A DNA stretch of 64,000 bases from assembly GCA_964016885.1 (NCBI GenBank), contig OZ024745.1, positions 86,304,001 to 86,368,000 of the forward strand, in the 5' to 3' direction. Below are positions 25,864-38,986 of this stretch, one piece after another. This DNA comes from Eledone cirrhosa (lineage: Eukaryota). The number at the start of each line of letters is the position of its first letter. Within the stretch, counting starts at the first letter, position 1. Made by a program: the position numbers and the translations under genes. Below the pieces are notes generated by a model. It did no database searches. It worked only from the letters and a program-made list of their open reading frames with translations, and was not told the DNA's origin.

Positions 25864-28306
25864 CTAGCTGAGGTACCCGGTAATACCCGGGAGCGGGGGT
25901 ATCCCCAGTTCCCATTAAAATGCCCAATGCCTCTCAGACCAAAAATGAAATCAAAATATAGGGCAGATAATCAAAAATGAAGACAAATTCATTTACGAAA
26001 CAAGAATCATCATCATCATCATCAACGTTTAACGTCCGTGTTCCACGCTTGCATGGGTTTGGACGGGGGTTTTCCCACTTGAGGCAAGAGTGATTGTCTT
26101 GCTCGCATAGGACTGTCTGGCAGGTTTTCTACAGTTGGATGCCCTTTCTAACACCAACCACATTTACAGTGTGGGTCTGGGAGGTTTTTACCGTGTTGCC
26201 TACACGGCCACATTACAGCGTGGACTGTGTGTTTTTTTGTCGTGACATTCTCATTTGTTTCGGCCTGGATGGTGTGGCACCAACATAACTTTACATAGAA
26301 GGGGGCGGTGTGGATGGGGGTGGGGGTGGTGCAACGGGGGTGTATTTTGTTAGAGATGCCTACTGACTGTAGTAAGTTTTACTATGTATTTAGGTAAGGC
26401 GGGTCTTCTCTATTACTGAGTACCACCAAAGGTCTCGGTCCAGTGACATTGTCTTGGAGAGGTGTAAGTGTGTGAGGTCGGAGTTTATCAGCTCGTCCCA
26501 GGTTTTTCTAGGTCTGCCTATTCCGTGGCTACTGTCTATCTTTATTGCCCTGCACTTTGTTATACAGCTATCGACTTTCATGCGCATCATGTGTCCATAC
26601 CAACGTAGCCTTCTCTCGAGTAAACAATCCCTCTTAGTTCGTTTATGCTTTGCCGTTCACGTATATTACTATTACACATCCAGCAGAGCATGCAAGCATC
26701 GTTCCTCTCTAGTCTGCGTATATCCTCTGCACACAAAGCCCAGGTCTCACTGCCATGCAACATTGCTGTTCGTATGCAGGCATCATACAACCTGCCTTTC
26801 GTTTTTAGGGAGAACCCTTTAGCGGCTAATAGTGGTATAAGCTCTCTGAACTTTTTCCATCCAGTTCTGACTCTAGCTACTGTACTTTCAGAGCACCCTC
26901 CCCCACTGCTGATTTTGTCACCCAGGTAACGGAAGCTGTCCACTATTTCTATAGAGCCCTCTCCGCAGTTGAAAGAGCTAGTATTTTGTGGGCACTTGCT
27001 GCTACTTATTGCACCAGAGCACCGGCCACATGTGAAATCTATGTTCTTAGTTAGCTTACCTGTGATCGCACTACATCTTTTATGCACCCATACTTTGCAT
27101 TTCTGACACAAAATGGAGTTTCTACCTACGCCTTTCCTACACACTGAGCATGGCCATTTTCCGGATGGGACCGGTGCCCTATTTTCCTTCCTACAAACTA
27201 GAACTTTAGTCTTAGCCAGGTTAATTTTAAGGCCTTTTGATTCTAGGCCGTGCTTCCATGTTTGGAATTTCTTCTTTAGCTCAGCCATTGATTCAGCTAT
27301 GAGTGTTAGGTTGTCTGCGTATAGGAGTTCCCATGGGCAGCCGGTCTTGAACTCCTCTGTTATAGCCTGAAGGGCAATAATAAATAGTAGGGGGCTGAGA
27401 ACAGAGCCCTGATGGATGCCAACTTTTACGCTAAACTCTTCACTATATTCATTGTTAATTCTAACCTTGCTGACTGTTTCTTTATACATGGCTTATATAG
27501 CTCTCACAAGCCATTCGTCGACACCTAGTTTTCTAAGGGCCCACCAGATAATGGAACGGGGGACTCTGTTGAAGGCTTTCTCCAAGTCGACAAAAGCAAA
27601 GTAGAGGGGTTTACTTTTAGCTAGGTACTTCTCCTGTAGTTGTCGTACAATGAAAAGAGCGTCTGTGGTACTTTTGCCTGACACAAACCCGAACTGCATT
27701 TCATCTAGGTCAATTCTCTCTCTGATTAGTTGCGCTTTGCATTGGTCAAGTGAAAAAGTGTTGAGTGTTGCTATAAGGAAAAAAATAGAACCCCCATCAG
27801 GGGGTTTCATTGCTGAAATTTTGTGAATAGGCATCATATCTTATCATTTACCTATCGTTTAAATTCATATAAATCGAAGGAAAAAAATTTTCAGTGGGAC
27901 GTTTGTGCCCCCGGGGAACCCTTTGATTAAAAGGAAATATTCTTATCCAAGTACCCTGGGCAATGTAGTTCCAGAATATATATGGTTATAGGGGTCTATC
28001 TTCAAAACCATAGGAGGAATTCGGAAAATTGGCCAAAATTAGGGTGTCTTAATATTATTGAAATTTGCTAAAATTTTGTGAATGGGCATCATATATTGTC
28101 ATTTACCTATGGTTTAAATTTCATATCAATCGAAGGGAAAAAATTAAGCGAGGGTTCTCAGCGGGGGTTTGAACCCCTGGGGAACCCTTTGATTAAAATG
28201 AAATATACATAAGAAATCATGTCAAGTTTCATCAAGATCAGTTTGGTAGTTTTTGAGTTTTAGGTTCACAAACAAACAGACAGAAATTGCCATTTATATA
28301 TATAGA
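25864..28306 (-). mobile_element. Non-autonomous Helitron-like element
   Basis: Minus strand begins A|TCtatatatataaa...ctgtctgtttgtttg and ends with a GC hairpin (cccgg-6nt-ccggg) then CTAG|T. Inserted between A and T with no TSD. Internal duplication about 27815-27940 and 28070-28205. Confidence 0.7.
26006..27736 (-). mobile_element. 5'-truncated RTE LINE, subfamily B
   Basis: ORFs 27493-27837 and 26587-27489 (YADN, PHD at 27019-27150). (cat)n tail. Confidence 0.93.
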
Positions 28307-28440
28307 TTATGTTGGAAGATTTGAATATAAATAGAAAACCTTTAAAATACCTTTAAAACTGGTTTTAGCTGGGTTGGTAATTAAAGGTTTATAATCCAGT
28401 TATATTTTTTCACATTATCTATTTCATGTCTTCTCCTTAG

Positions 28441-28596
28441 TGTTCATTCAAAGTTTACCCACTACCATCAGACCCTTCAGAACAAATGCCTACCAGAGTA
28501 CTTCAAGGACTTCCACCAAGTGACCCACAAGAATGTCTTGTGAGGGTCTATGTTATCAAAGGTATAGATTTACAACCAAATGATCCTAGTGGATTG
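28441..28596 (+). CDS. MYOF: Ferlin exon, start of C2E
   Basis: ccttag|TGT...TTG|gtaagt. CSFKVYPLPSDPSEQMPTRVLQGLPPSDPQECLVRVYVIKGIDLQPNDPSGL. Phase 0-0. Confidence 0.95.
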
Positions 28597-28667
28597 GTAA
28601 GTTATTGTTTTATATTAGTATCTGTAATTGTTCACTTTTATTCATAGTTGTATAAATAACATTACAA

Positions 28668-28957
28668 ATGCATCATCATCGTTTAACCATTTTCCATGCT
28701 AGTATGAGCAGGGCGGGCTGTCCCTTTGTGAGAGATCAAGTTGGAGGACCGTGTTTCGCTCACTCAAGGCTGATTTTGGCTTGGTTTCTACAACTGGATT
28801 CCCTTCCTAACGCCAACCACATTTACAGTGTGTGCTGGGTGCTTTTTGTCATGACACCTACACGACCACGTTACAGCGTTGACTGGGCACTTTTTGTTGT
28901 GACACCTACACGACCACTTTACAGTGTGGACTGGGTGCTTTTTGTTGTGACACCTAC
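28668..28957 (-). mobile_element. RTE 3'-UTR-derived element with 48-bp internal repeats
   Basis: catcatcatcgtttaac tail and repeated ccactttacagtgtggactgggtgctttttg. Similar pieces at about 35117-35370, 40500-40818, 44675-45065 and 45860-46040. Confidence 0.7.
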
Positions 28958-28966
28958 TTTAGTCAC

Positions 28967-29207
28967 AATTCTTCCAGAATAACATTACAAATATATAAAT
29001 AACATTATAAATTGCTTATAATTCTTCCAGAATAACATTACAAATATATAAATAACATTATAAATTGCTTATAATTCTTCCAGAATAACATTACAAATAT
29101 ATAAATATCATTATAAATTGCTTATAATTCTTCCAGAATAACATTACAAATATATAAATAACATTATAAATTACTCACAATTCTTCCAGAATAACATTAC
29201 AAATATA
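28967..29207. repeat. 53-bp minisatellite, about 4.6 copies
   Basis: cttccagaataacattacaaatatataaataacattataaattgcttataatt recurs every 53 nt. Confidence 0.9.
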
Positions 29208-29623
29208 ATGTCATTGATAAACACAAATATAAACTCATAAAAGAGAGAAAAAAAGGTGGGGAGGAAACAAAAACGAGAACGACCATTAATTCACCACCAA
29301 ATGTGTCAATTGGCCACACATCATAAGGGTTGTAAAACCAATAGATTTTTTTTTTATAAATTACTTTAAAAATGTATATAAAGTAAACATTAAAATTATA
29401 TAAACTACAAGCTATGCAAATTTATTTTATTTTATAATTTTCAAAAGAGTATTTCTTTCATAAAAGTTGATATCTATCAAAATAGATTGTAAACCAAATG
29501 AAATATAGAATGTTTTCAATTTTAGTAAAGATTAAGATGGCCTATTAATTTTAAGGAGTTTCTAAAACAAAACATAAAAAAAGGTTTTCTTTTCTCTTTT
29601 GAAGCAATTTTACTAATAAATAC

Positions 29624-30320
29624 TGGCCCCTAAATGTAAATAATCTTATTCAGGCTGACCCCTAAATGTAAATATTGTCCTATTCAGGCTGACCCCTACA
29701 TGTAAATATTTTCCTATTTAGGCTGACCCCTAAATGTAAATATTGTCTTATTCAGGCTAACCTTTTAGTAAATATTGTCTTATTTAGGCTGACCCCTATA
29801 TGTAAATATTGTCTTATTCAGGCTGATCCCTATATGTGAATATTGTCTTATTCAGGCTGACCCCTAAATGTGAATATTGTCTTATTCAGGCTGACCCCTA
29901 TATGTAAATATTGTCTTATTTAGGCTGACCCCTATATGTAAATATTGTCTTATTTAGGCTGACCCCTATATGTAAATATTGTCTTATTCAGACTGATCCC
30001 TATATCTAAATATTGCCTTATTCAGGCTGACCCCTAAATTTAAATATTGCCTTATTCAGGCTGACCCCTATATGTGAATATTGTCTTATTCAGGCTGACC
30101 CCTATATGTGAATATTGTCTTATTTAGGCTGACCCCATATCTAAATATTGCCTTATTTAGGCTGACCCCTAAATGTGTTATCTTATTTAGGCTGACCCTT
30201 GACCCCTATATATAAATATTGTCTTATTCAGGTTGACTGCTATATGTAAATATTGTCTTATTCAAGCTGACCTGTGACTCTTATATATAAATATTGTCTT
30301 ATTCAGGCTGACCCTTATGT
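29624..30320 (+). repeat. 34-bp minisatellite, about 20 units, composed of the ferlin intron/exon acceptor junction
   Basis: Unit attgtcttatt(c/t)ag|gctgacccctatatgtaaat. The last unit is the real acceptor at 30306|30307. Confidence 0.92.
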
Positions 30321-30398
30321 GAAAATAAAACTTGGGAAACATAAAGTTGACAGTAAATCAGAATATGTACCAAACACTATCAACCCTGTATTTGGCAA
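30307..30398 (+). CDS. MYOF: Ferlin exon, C2E
   Basis: attcag|GCT...AA|gtaagt. ADPYVKIKLGKHKVDSKSEYVPNTINPVFG. Phase 0-2. Confidence 0.95.
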
Positions 30399-31128
30399 GT
30401 AAGTATTTTTATAACACTTAAAAATAAATAACAGACCTTATTCAAATTTAATGTTTGCTCTCCTTTGTAATTTCTTGTTGAAATTTAGCTACTCTCGGGT
30501 CTCAAATAATGTGTGTGTCCCTGTGCTTATTTGCCCTCCCTTTATTATTTGGGACCCAAGAGTAGTTTAGGATCAATTTCATTAGCAAGAAAAGATAAGA
30601 TTATATTTTGTATTTATCAAATATGCAATATTTACGGACATGTAGTTAAATGTCTCGGGCAAAGAATCACTGGACAGATTTTATGGGCAAAAACCAACTG
30701 GCAAGAGACCCAGAGGTGGACCCCGAGCTAGATGGCTGGATAACATCTATGAGCTTGACTGGTCTGGCTTGGGGATCTAGCCGGATCAGTTGAAGACTCT
30801 TGCTTTTGATAGGATCCACTGGAAGGAATGTTTGAGTACTCTTCCCCCACGACCCTCTCATGAATAAGTGGGCAGAGAAGAGTCAATGCCTATCTTTTAA
30901 GCATTTGAATTTTTTTCAAAAGTTAACCACCATGTACAGCTTTCAATGAATTAGAAATGTTGGCCAGCATTTCATTTGTTACATTATTTATTCTTGTCAA
31001 ATAACTATATCCCTCCTCTATATATTTCTGTAAATATTTAAATATATATAAATATATATATATGTGTTGAAGTTTCCGTTGAAAAAGTCGGAGGAATGAA
31101 GAGTGCTCTATGTAAGTTACAGAGCTAA

Positions 31129-34100
31129 ATATTTAATGTATAATAAACAATACAATATGATTACCTCATTACCAGAGGTTTCCCGAATAAGACGGATACA
31201 AGAAACGTCTGCATTCGTTCGTCAGACAAGGCAATTTAAAACATAGTGAAATATTTGAAAAATCTCCTCAAGAAAGGCTAAAAGTTTAACGGCAAAAATC
31301 TCCTCAAGAAAGGCTAAAAGTTTAACGGGCAAAAAATAAATAAAAGTAATAATACAAGAAATGTATAAAAAAATAAAAATAAAGAAATATAGTAAGGGGA
31401 TGTGTGTATATGCATGTGTATAGTGAAAAAATGTGTGCATAAGTATATGCATGAGGGCAAACATATTAGTGTATGTGTGACCACAAATACATATATATAT
31501 ATATATGTTGAAAATAGAAATTGTAAGATAATGGAGTTAGCGTACATACAGACTAAGGGCTGAAATATAAACACATACAAGGATGAAAGGACGCACGCAT
31601 ATAAACATATACATGCGCAACCACATACATGTATGTGATATATACAGGGAAGGGACAGAATACTTTGATATCAAGTCTCCTATATACCCACAAAGGGTAA
31701 AAGACATGACCGCTTTTGAACTAGACTTAATTAATTTAATTAACCGAATCAAATTCCGTAAGTACTTTAACTCTTTTCAATCTTTAATGATATTTCAAAA
31801 TTCAAATCTTCTAAAAATAAGTTCATTTTCTCCAATAAAACTAAAAACTTATACAAAGTTAATAATAACTTACATGACCAACTCTTGACAGATAGCATCA
31901 CCTCTAAATACCAAATAGCTAATATAAACACCTATAATACTATTAATAAGGACGCCAAAGAATTAGCTAGTTTTTTTAAAATAGACAATAGAACAGAAAA
32001 ACTTGCAAAACGTAATGCCTATTAAAGATCACAAATCTGATTTTAATAATCGTCCCAGTTGTAGATTAATCAACCCTGCTAAGATTGAAATCGGCGTTGC
32101 TATCAAAAAAATATTAAATAACATAAACAAACATATTAGAAGTAGGTCTGAATTACTCCAATGGATAAATAGCTCTTCTGTAGTACATTGGTTTAAAAAT
32201 ATTAAAGATAAAAATAGTTCTAGATTCACCCAATTTGACATTGTAGACTTCTGCCCGTCTATTACTCACCCTCTTTTAACGAAAGCATTAAATTTTGCTA
32301 AAAAGTTTATTAATATTTCTGATATTGAAGAGAATGTCATTTTGCATGCTAGAAATACTTTACTGTTTACTAATAATGATACTTGGGTAAAAAAAAGCTA
32401 ACCCAGAGAACCCCTTTGATGTCTCAATGGGTTCTTTTGACAGTGCTGACGTGTGTGATTTAGTCGGCCTATTCCTCCTCTACACACTTAAAGAGAAATT
32501 CCCTAACCATACCATTGGGCTTTATCGTGACGATGGTCAAATACTTTCCCATACCACTATAGGCCATAACTTAGACAGATTCAGGAAAGACTTAATAAAA
32601 ACCTTTGCTAGTTTTAATCACAAACCTTTCTAATGTTAATTTTCTAGATATAAACTTAGATCTGCCTACTGCTTCTTATAAACCGTACCATAAACCAAAT
32701 GAAAATTTAAAATACATAAATAAAGGCTCTTGCCATCCTCCTATAGTATTTAAAAATCTCATCCCTAATATTAGCCGTAGGATCTCCACCTTCTCTTCCT
32801 CAGAAGCTATTTTCAATAAAGCCCTTCAAAATAGTGGATTTAGTGAACCTATTAAGTACATACCCAACAATACTAACTCCTTTAAACATAATAATAGGAA
32901 AATAAAATAATCTGGTTCACACCCCCTACTCTTTAGCAGTTAAAACTAATGTAGGCAAAAAATTCCTAGAGCTCTTAGATAAACATTTCCCTAGAACACA
33001 TAGATACTATAAGATCTTCAATAGAAACTGTGTCAAAATCAGCTACTCCTGCAGTCCCTCTATTAAATCTTATATCATTAATAAGAAAACACCCAGAGAA
33101 TATCAAAATTGCTCCTGTAGAGTCAAAAGTGAATGCCCATTACAAGGTAAATGCAACACCAAAGCCATTGTATATGAGGCCAAAGTGACAACCACCAGCA
33201 ACAACCTACCAGCCACCAGCGAACAATATGTGGGTATGACACAAGACAAATTCAAAACTCGTTATTATTCACATGTCGCATCTTTCCGGCATCCTGAAAA
33301 AAGATTTACAACAGCTCTGGCTAGCAGAATATGGGATTTGAAGGACCAAGGTATCCAATCATCATCATCATCATCTTCGTTTAACGTCCATTTTCCACGC
33401 TAGCATGGGTTATATATAAATTAGATTGGTCAATTTTGAACCAATCTAAAGAATACACAAGAGTAACAAGAAGATGCGCACTCTGCATAAGTGAAAAATA
33501 TTGGATTTTAAGGACCCTTAAATCACCAAAAGCCTGCCTAAATGCAAAAAACAGAAATTTTCACCAGTTGCCCACACATGAAATTGCACTTGCTTTCCAG
33601 CTCATATAAACTTAACTCACTTTGAGACACTTATCCTCCATAAACTCTTGTCCTTCACTTTCCTTAACTTAACTTCTTTATAGACTTCTCATTCAGTTTT
33701 ACTTATCTTTTATTTTTATTTTACATCCACTAGTGACACCCCCTCCCCTGCTATTTGATTCATTAACTTTATATCTTAACAATTATACATTTACATTTAT
33801 TTTACTTCCCCCTTTTCTTTCACTACCAGACATCACATGTCACTTGTGTTTTTTAACTCCAGACATTTTCCGTTGTCCCTCAGCCGTTTTTATGTATGTA
33901 CACTTGCGTATATTTTTACCCATTTTGTACCCATTTATTTATACGGTTGTTTTTTATATATGTATGTGTGTATGTGTGTGTATACGTGTTTGTATATGTA
34001 TACGAACGCATTTGTATGTGTGCGTGTGTGTGCGTTTATGTATGTTTTCACATATATATATATACTTATATATATATGTGGTCATGTGCATACGTGTGAA

Positions 34101-34922
34101 TAGATGTGCATGTATGTAAATATATGTGTATATGTATCTTTGTATGCATGTATGTGTATGTATGCTTTTGTGCACGTGTTTTTGTCTGTAAGTATATATA
34201 TTTTTATATATATGTATGTGTGTATGAGCTTGTTCGTATATGCATGTTTTCTACTTTTTATTTATTTTTTCTAGTGTTACTTTATATATTATGACCCCCT
34301 CCCACTTACTTTCTCTTTGCCTTAGTTTTTTATTCTTATCTTATATATTATTTCATTTATTCATCATATTTTATATTTGTATCGACCATTCAGTCTGACA
34401 CTGCTTTGACTTTATACACTCCCTTCCCTGTATATATCACATACATGTATGTGGTTGCACGTGTGTGTATGATTATACGTTTGCGTACTTTTATCCTTGT
34501 ATGTGTATATATTTCAGCCCTTAGTCCCTGAGTCTGTATGTACGCTAACTCCATTATCTTACAATTTCTATTTTCAACATATATATGTATTTGTGGTCAC
34601 ACATACACTAATGTTTTCCCTCATGCATGTACTTATGCACACATTTTTTCACTATACACATGCATATGTACATATGTATGTGCATATACACACATCCCCT
34701 TACTATATTTCTTTATTTTTATTTTTTATACATTTCTTGTATTATTACTTTTATTTATTTTTTGCCCGTTAAACTTTTGCCTTTCTTGAGATTTTTCAAA
34801 TATTTCACTGTTTTAAATTGCCTTGTCTGACGAATGAATGCAGGCGTTTCTTGTATCCATCTTATTCGGGAAACCTCTGGTAATGAGGTAATTATATTGT
34901 ATTGTTTATTATACATTAAATA
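31129..34922 (+). mobile_element. Decayed Penelope-like retroelement (RT + C-terminal GIY-YIG) with inverted 5' pseudo-LTR
   Basis: Fragments read IKDHK...RLINPAK, QFDIVDFCPSI, MGSFDSADVCDLVG, GLYRDD, NFLD, linker CSCRVKSECPLQGKC, IVYEAK...YVGMT. 31129-31654 is the reverse complement of 34421-34922. An RTE tail is inserted at about 33358-33410. Confidence 0.9.
31168..31228 (-). ncRNA. Hammerhead-like motif in Penelope pseudo-LTR (sense copy about 34824-34892)
   Basis: CTGACGA-a-cgaat..agacg/cgtct..attcg-g-GAAAC-CTC-tggtaat-GAG-GTA. Stems II and III form, but stem I is weak, so the motif is probably decayed. Confidence 0.5.
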
Positions 34923-35399
34923 TATATATATATATATATATATTATACACTCTATGTATACTGCCCCAACATAACTGTAGTCTGATGAATAAAAGAAATA
35001 TACTGGACAACTGTGTTACTGACCACACCAAAATATATTCACTAATGTTGTCTGGTATATGACACATACATGGTCTGACTCTCATAGGTGGTTCTATTCA
35101 CCTTTTTCATGTTCTATCATCATCATCGTTTAACGTCCATCTTCAATGCTAGCATGGGTTGGATGGGTTTGTCCCACTTGAGGCAAGATTGGTCGGGTGA
35201 CTGTGTCTCGCTCAGACAGAACTGTTTCTGGCAGGTTTTCTATGGCTGGATGCCCTTCCTAACACCAACCACATTTACAGTGTGGACTGGGATTCCACTT
35301 ACAATTGGGAGGATGAAGTGAGGAGTGTGGGTGGGGTGTATATTGGGTTAAGAGTTGCCTACTGACTGTAAATGTAAAGATTATATTATAAAAATGGTA

Positions 35400-35670
35400 G
35401 TGGAAACCTGGTGCAGTCTGCGACTAACCCAGACTGTTGCACTTCGGGCCAAGTAGAGTAAACTCCAAATATCGGTTGCTCTCTGACAGGTTTGCAGTTG
35501 AGCCCGTAGCAGTGGAAAATTCTGGTGTCCTTGGCCCTAGGACCACCTCCCTACTCACTACTATCGGCACAGAGTTGGCTACCTGCAGGTGTGAGCCTTG
35601 TGAGCTGGAATGGCTCTTCCAGTGTGTCTCCCTCGTCATCCTCCAGGGAAACGCTTTCTCTATTCTGTCC
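35400..35670 (+). mobile_element. CRE-like non-LTR retrotransposon remnant (restriction-like endonuclease C-terminus)
   Basis: PVAVENSGVLG...WLFQCVSLVILQGNA resembles the P.AVET.G..G...FQR.S..IQRGNA pattern. Further remnants at about 40085-40230 and 41210-41590 (GKRPNG, PIAVETSG). Confidence 0.6.
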
Positions 35671-35831
35671 ACCGGGGCTGCAGGGCAGCCAGTGAATGGG
35701 CCTCCATTTGCTCATAATAGTGAGAGATGGAGGCAGTGATAGTTCGGACCTGGTGTATATGTATATATCTATTTACCACAGCCTGTTACATACTCCCAAG
35801 TGATTGTATAGAAATAGTTTCCCGGGATTAA

Positions 35832-36098
<267 letters not shown>

Positions 36099-36691
36099 TA
36101 AATATCTTTAAAAGGATATTTCTGTCATTGTTATTTCCTTGATTCATAGAAATACATTTAAAATATATTTTAGAATATCCTTTCTTTTCAGTCATTTTTA
36201 TAACATTTTGTGAACTATTTCTGTATGTTTAGGCCAGCAGAACATTTTATAAGATTTATTTCTTGCCTAGCTTTATTTTCAACCTAATGCCACCACTCTT
36301 TCAGAGTTTTGTTGAAATAGTTTACTATACCTCTATCTTGTACAGCAATTCAATGAAATTTTAGTTTTTGTTTTATATGTCACCTTTCCCTTAGCTATTA
36401 TTGTCTTAATATAGAAGGGTGGTGTATTGGCAGGGTCGGACGCCATGCTTTTCAGCATAGAGTTACGGCCCTTTATGGTCTGAGTTCAAATCCCACCGAT
36501 GTTAACTTTGCTTTCATCCTTACAGGGTCGATAAAATAAAGTACCAGTAATACACTGGGATAATTGCTGGTCTTGTGCCAAAAGTAGAAACAATTATTGT
36601 CTTAATATAGTATGGGTAAAATGATAAACTTTCAAAAAACTATTGCTGTTATTTTCTTGAATAAAATTATGTTTCTGATTTTGTTTTGCAG

Positions 36692-36837
36692 TGCTGGTGT
36701 GAATAAATGGAGAGATAGTGTTACCCCTAAAGAATTGCTAACTTCTTATTGTGAACGCAAAAATCTCAATGGACCAATGTTTTATGGCAGTAACTCTGTG
36801 AAAGTTGGCAAGAAGGTTTATAATATGACTGATTTTG
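36692..36837 (+). CDS. MYOF: Ferlin exon
   Basis: ttgcag|T...G|gtgcgt. AGVNKWRDSVTPKELLTSYCERKNLNGPMFYGSNSVKVGKKVYNMTDF matches ferlin GVNxWRD. Phase 2-1. Confidence 0.93.
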
Positions 36838-38235
36838 GTGCGTATTTCTGATTCTCTCTAACTCTCCAGCCTCATTTATAAAAAAAACAAGTAGTTTTAA
36901 ATGAATACGTTGGTTTAGATGTAAAGTTAGTGTTCTCCAAAACTGAAGTTTGCTAGCAATAAGTTTAATGTCTGTAGTTCTGAGGTACAAATCGTATTTA
37001 AATCAACTTAACTTTTCCTTATCCTGCACTCCTGGACTCATAAAATATATATGTGCCCAGATTGACTGGAAGGAAGGAATTGCCTTTTTGTTGGCTAACT
37101 GGCCGAAATAGCAGCTGGAGTTTTGTTCCGGAAGTCTTTGACTAATGTATTTGCAATAGGGCTTCACTTTAATCCAAGAGAGATAAAGAGTTGTTTTTTC
37201 CCCACATTTAAACTAAGCCTAACCCTAAATCATTGCATGAAGAAACCGAACATTTGATACCTGTAATATTAATTGGATTACACAATTTCATTAATGGCAT
37301 TTTCTGACACTTCTTCGCCCAATGATCACTGTCCATGCACATCACATGTCCATACCAACGCAGTCTTCTCTCCTGCACACCACCTCAGATTCCTCTTAAA
37401 CCCAGTTTCTGTCTTAACTCATCCAAGCTCTGCCTTTCTCTCACACTTACATTGTACATCCAATGGAGCATTATCCATTTTCCATGCTGTTGTGAACTGG
37501 ACAAGTTGTTATGGTCTGAGTTAGTTCTTATTTGTGGTTACTGCCCTCTTAGATGAGTGTATTAGTTATATATACTTACTGTACATCTATCTATCTAGTT
37601 GAGGACCACACATCATTTAGAAAATGGTTTATTGTATGAGGTGTGGCAGTTTGGACATGATGTTCAGTTTGTTCCTCTTGTTGTTATTGATGTTTAGCCT
37701 TAGGTCAACCTCAATTAAAAAGACCTATGACCAGCCTGTCTAACATATATAACTATCAGAGATGACATTGTCCTTTCATTTTTAAGACAATAGTGTGTAT
37801 TTTAGGAGATGTTTAGCTGCTCTTTACAACATATTGAATGATCACCTAAAAGCTCCTTTATTGGCTCTGTGTATTCTTGCAGGTTCTATTGGCTACACTA
37901 GAGATTGACAAAATGGGTTTCACATTGTATGAAATAAAATGTTTATTTTATAGTGTTGTAGTTTGCTTGAAGCATTGTGGAATAAGAGATACAAATTTAA
38001 ATAACCTTAAATATTTCGAAGCCCGACAATGGAATTTAAATCCGAAAATATTTGAAATCAATAAAATTGCTATGGTAAAATTCTACCACCCTCACTCTTT
38101 TCTCAGTCCATTATTCTCTATAACCCCTATTAGCTTGACACTTTTAATCTTGCATGCATTGTCAGGCTTCCAAATATTTAAACTTATTTAAATTTGTATG
38201 TTTATTTTATATTTATTTATCTATTTTATTTTTAG

Positions 38236-38375
38236 AACCATCTGTGGTTACAGATGAGAATTTGGGACCAACACAAGAGCGTTTAGCTTTGCATGTTCTC
38301 AACAGATTTCCTTTGGTCAAGGAACATATTGAAACCAGATCTTTGTATAACCCTTTGCAACCTGGTATTGAACAG
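38236..38375 (+). CDS. MYOF: Ferlin exon
   Basis: tttag|AA...CAG|gttagt. [46 protein letters not shown]. Phase 1-0. Confidence 0.95.
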
Positions 38376-38662
38376 GTTAGTTTTCAGATTAATAATATTG
38401 ATTTATTGGGTAGTTTTCACTGCTAACTGTTTTGATGTCATATTACCAACTATTTGTTTTAAAAGTTTATTTTCACCAGCCCCACCCCCACTCTTATTCC
38501 AACCTTCACCCTCCCCACTCCCGTTTATTAAATTTTGCTAATCTATCTCTGGCGAAATTTTGGTTTTTAAAAAAGTCAATGGAGTCAACATAGAAAAATT
38601 ACTGATTTTCCAAATGCCCCCTGCTTATTCTAACCCCTAATATTTGGACCTGAGAGTATATA

Positions 38663-38986
38663 CAGTGAAGCCCCGGCATTTGCAGTCCCAGTTATTCACA
38701 GAATTTTCGTTAGAGCCTAACTAATAATTGTTCATGGAAACCACCGCCTATGCACAGAATTTTTAAAATCTTCTGTGACTTTTTAATGGCTTTTCTCATG
38801 GCAATATATATTTTTTCACATGTTTTAACGCTAAATTATTAACAATAAACCGTATTTGCTGGCCTATATTTTACGTTATGTTTTGACGTTTATAGCCATT
38901 TTTATGGACCACGTCCAATATTCACGGTTTTTCACTCTTCACGGGTGCTCTAGGTACGTAATCCCATGAATATCGGGGGACAACTG
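38663..38986. mobile_element. Tc1/mariner-pogo-type MITE
   Basis: ta|CAGTgaagccccggcattt...aatatcgggggacaACTG|ta: imperfect TIRs with TA flanks. Confidence 0.55.

Larger units (their letters stand above)
25742..28392. mobile_element. MITE family 2 copy split by a Helitron-like element
   Basis: ttaaccctttgatgacc...ggtaattaaaggttt. The flanks rejoin as aaggttcttatataaaa|ttatg, like aggttcttacttaaaactatg in the 1294-1782 copy. Confidence 0.5.

Noticed and set aside
29624-30320. CRISPR-like appearance of the 34-bp array
   Set aside because: The units are contiguous with no unique spacers, there are no cas genes, and the context is a eukaryotic intron.
34982-35005. CTGATGA...GAAA hammerhead core
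   Set aside because: No stem II and no convincing stem I or III pairing.
37212-37230. Telomere-like cctaaccctaa
   Set aside because: Only about two imperfect units, which is expected by chance.
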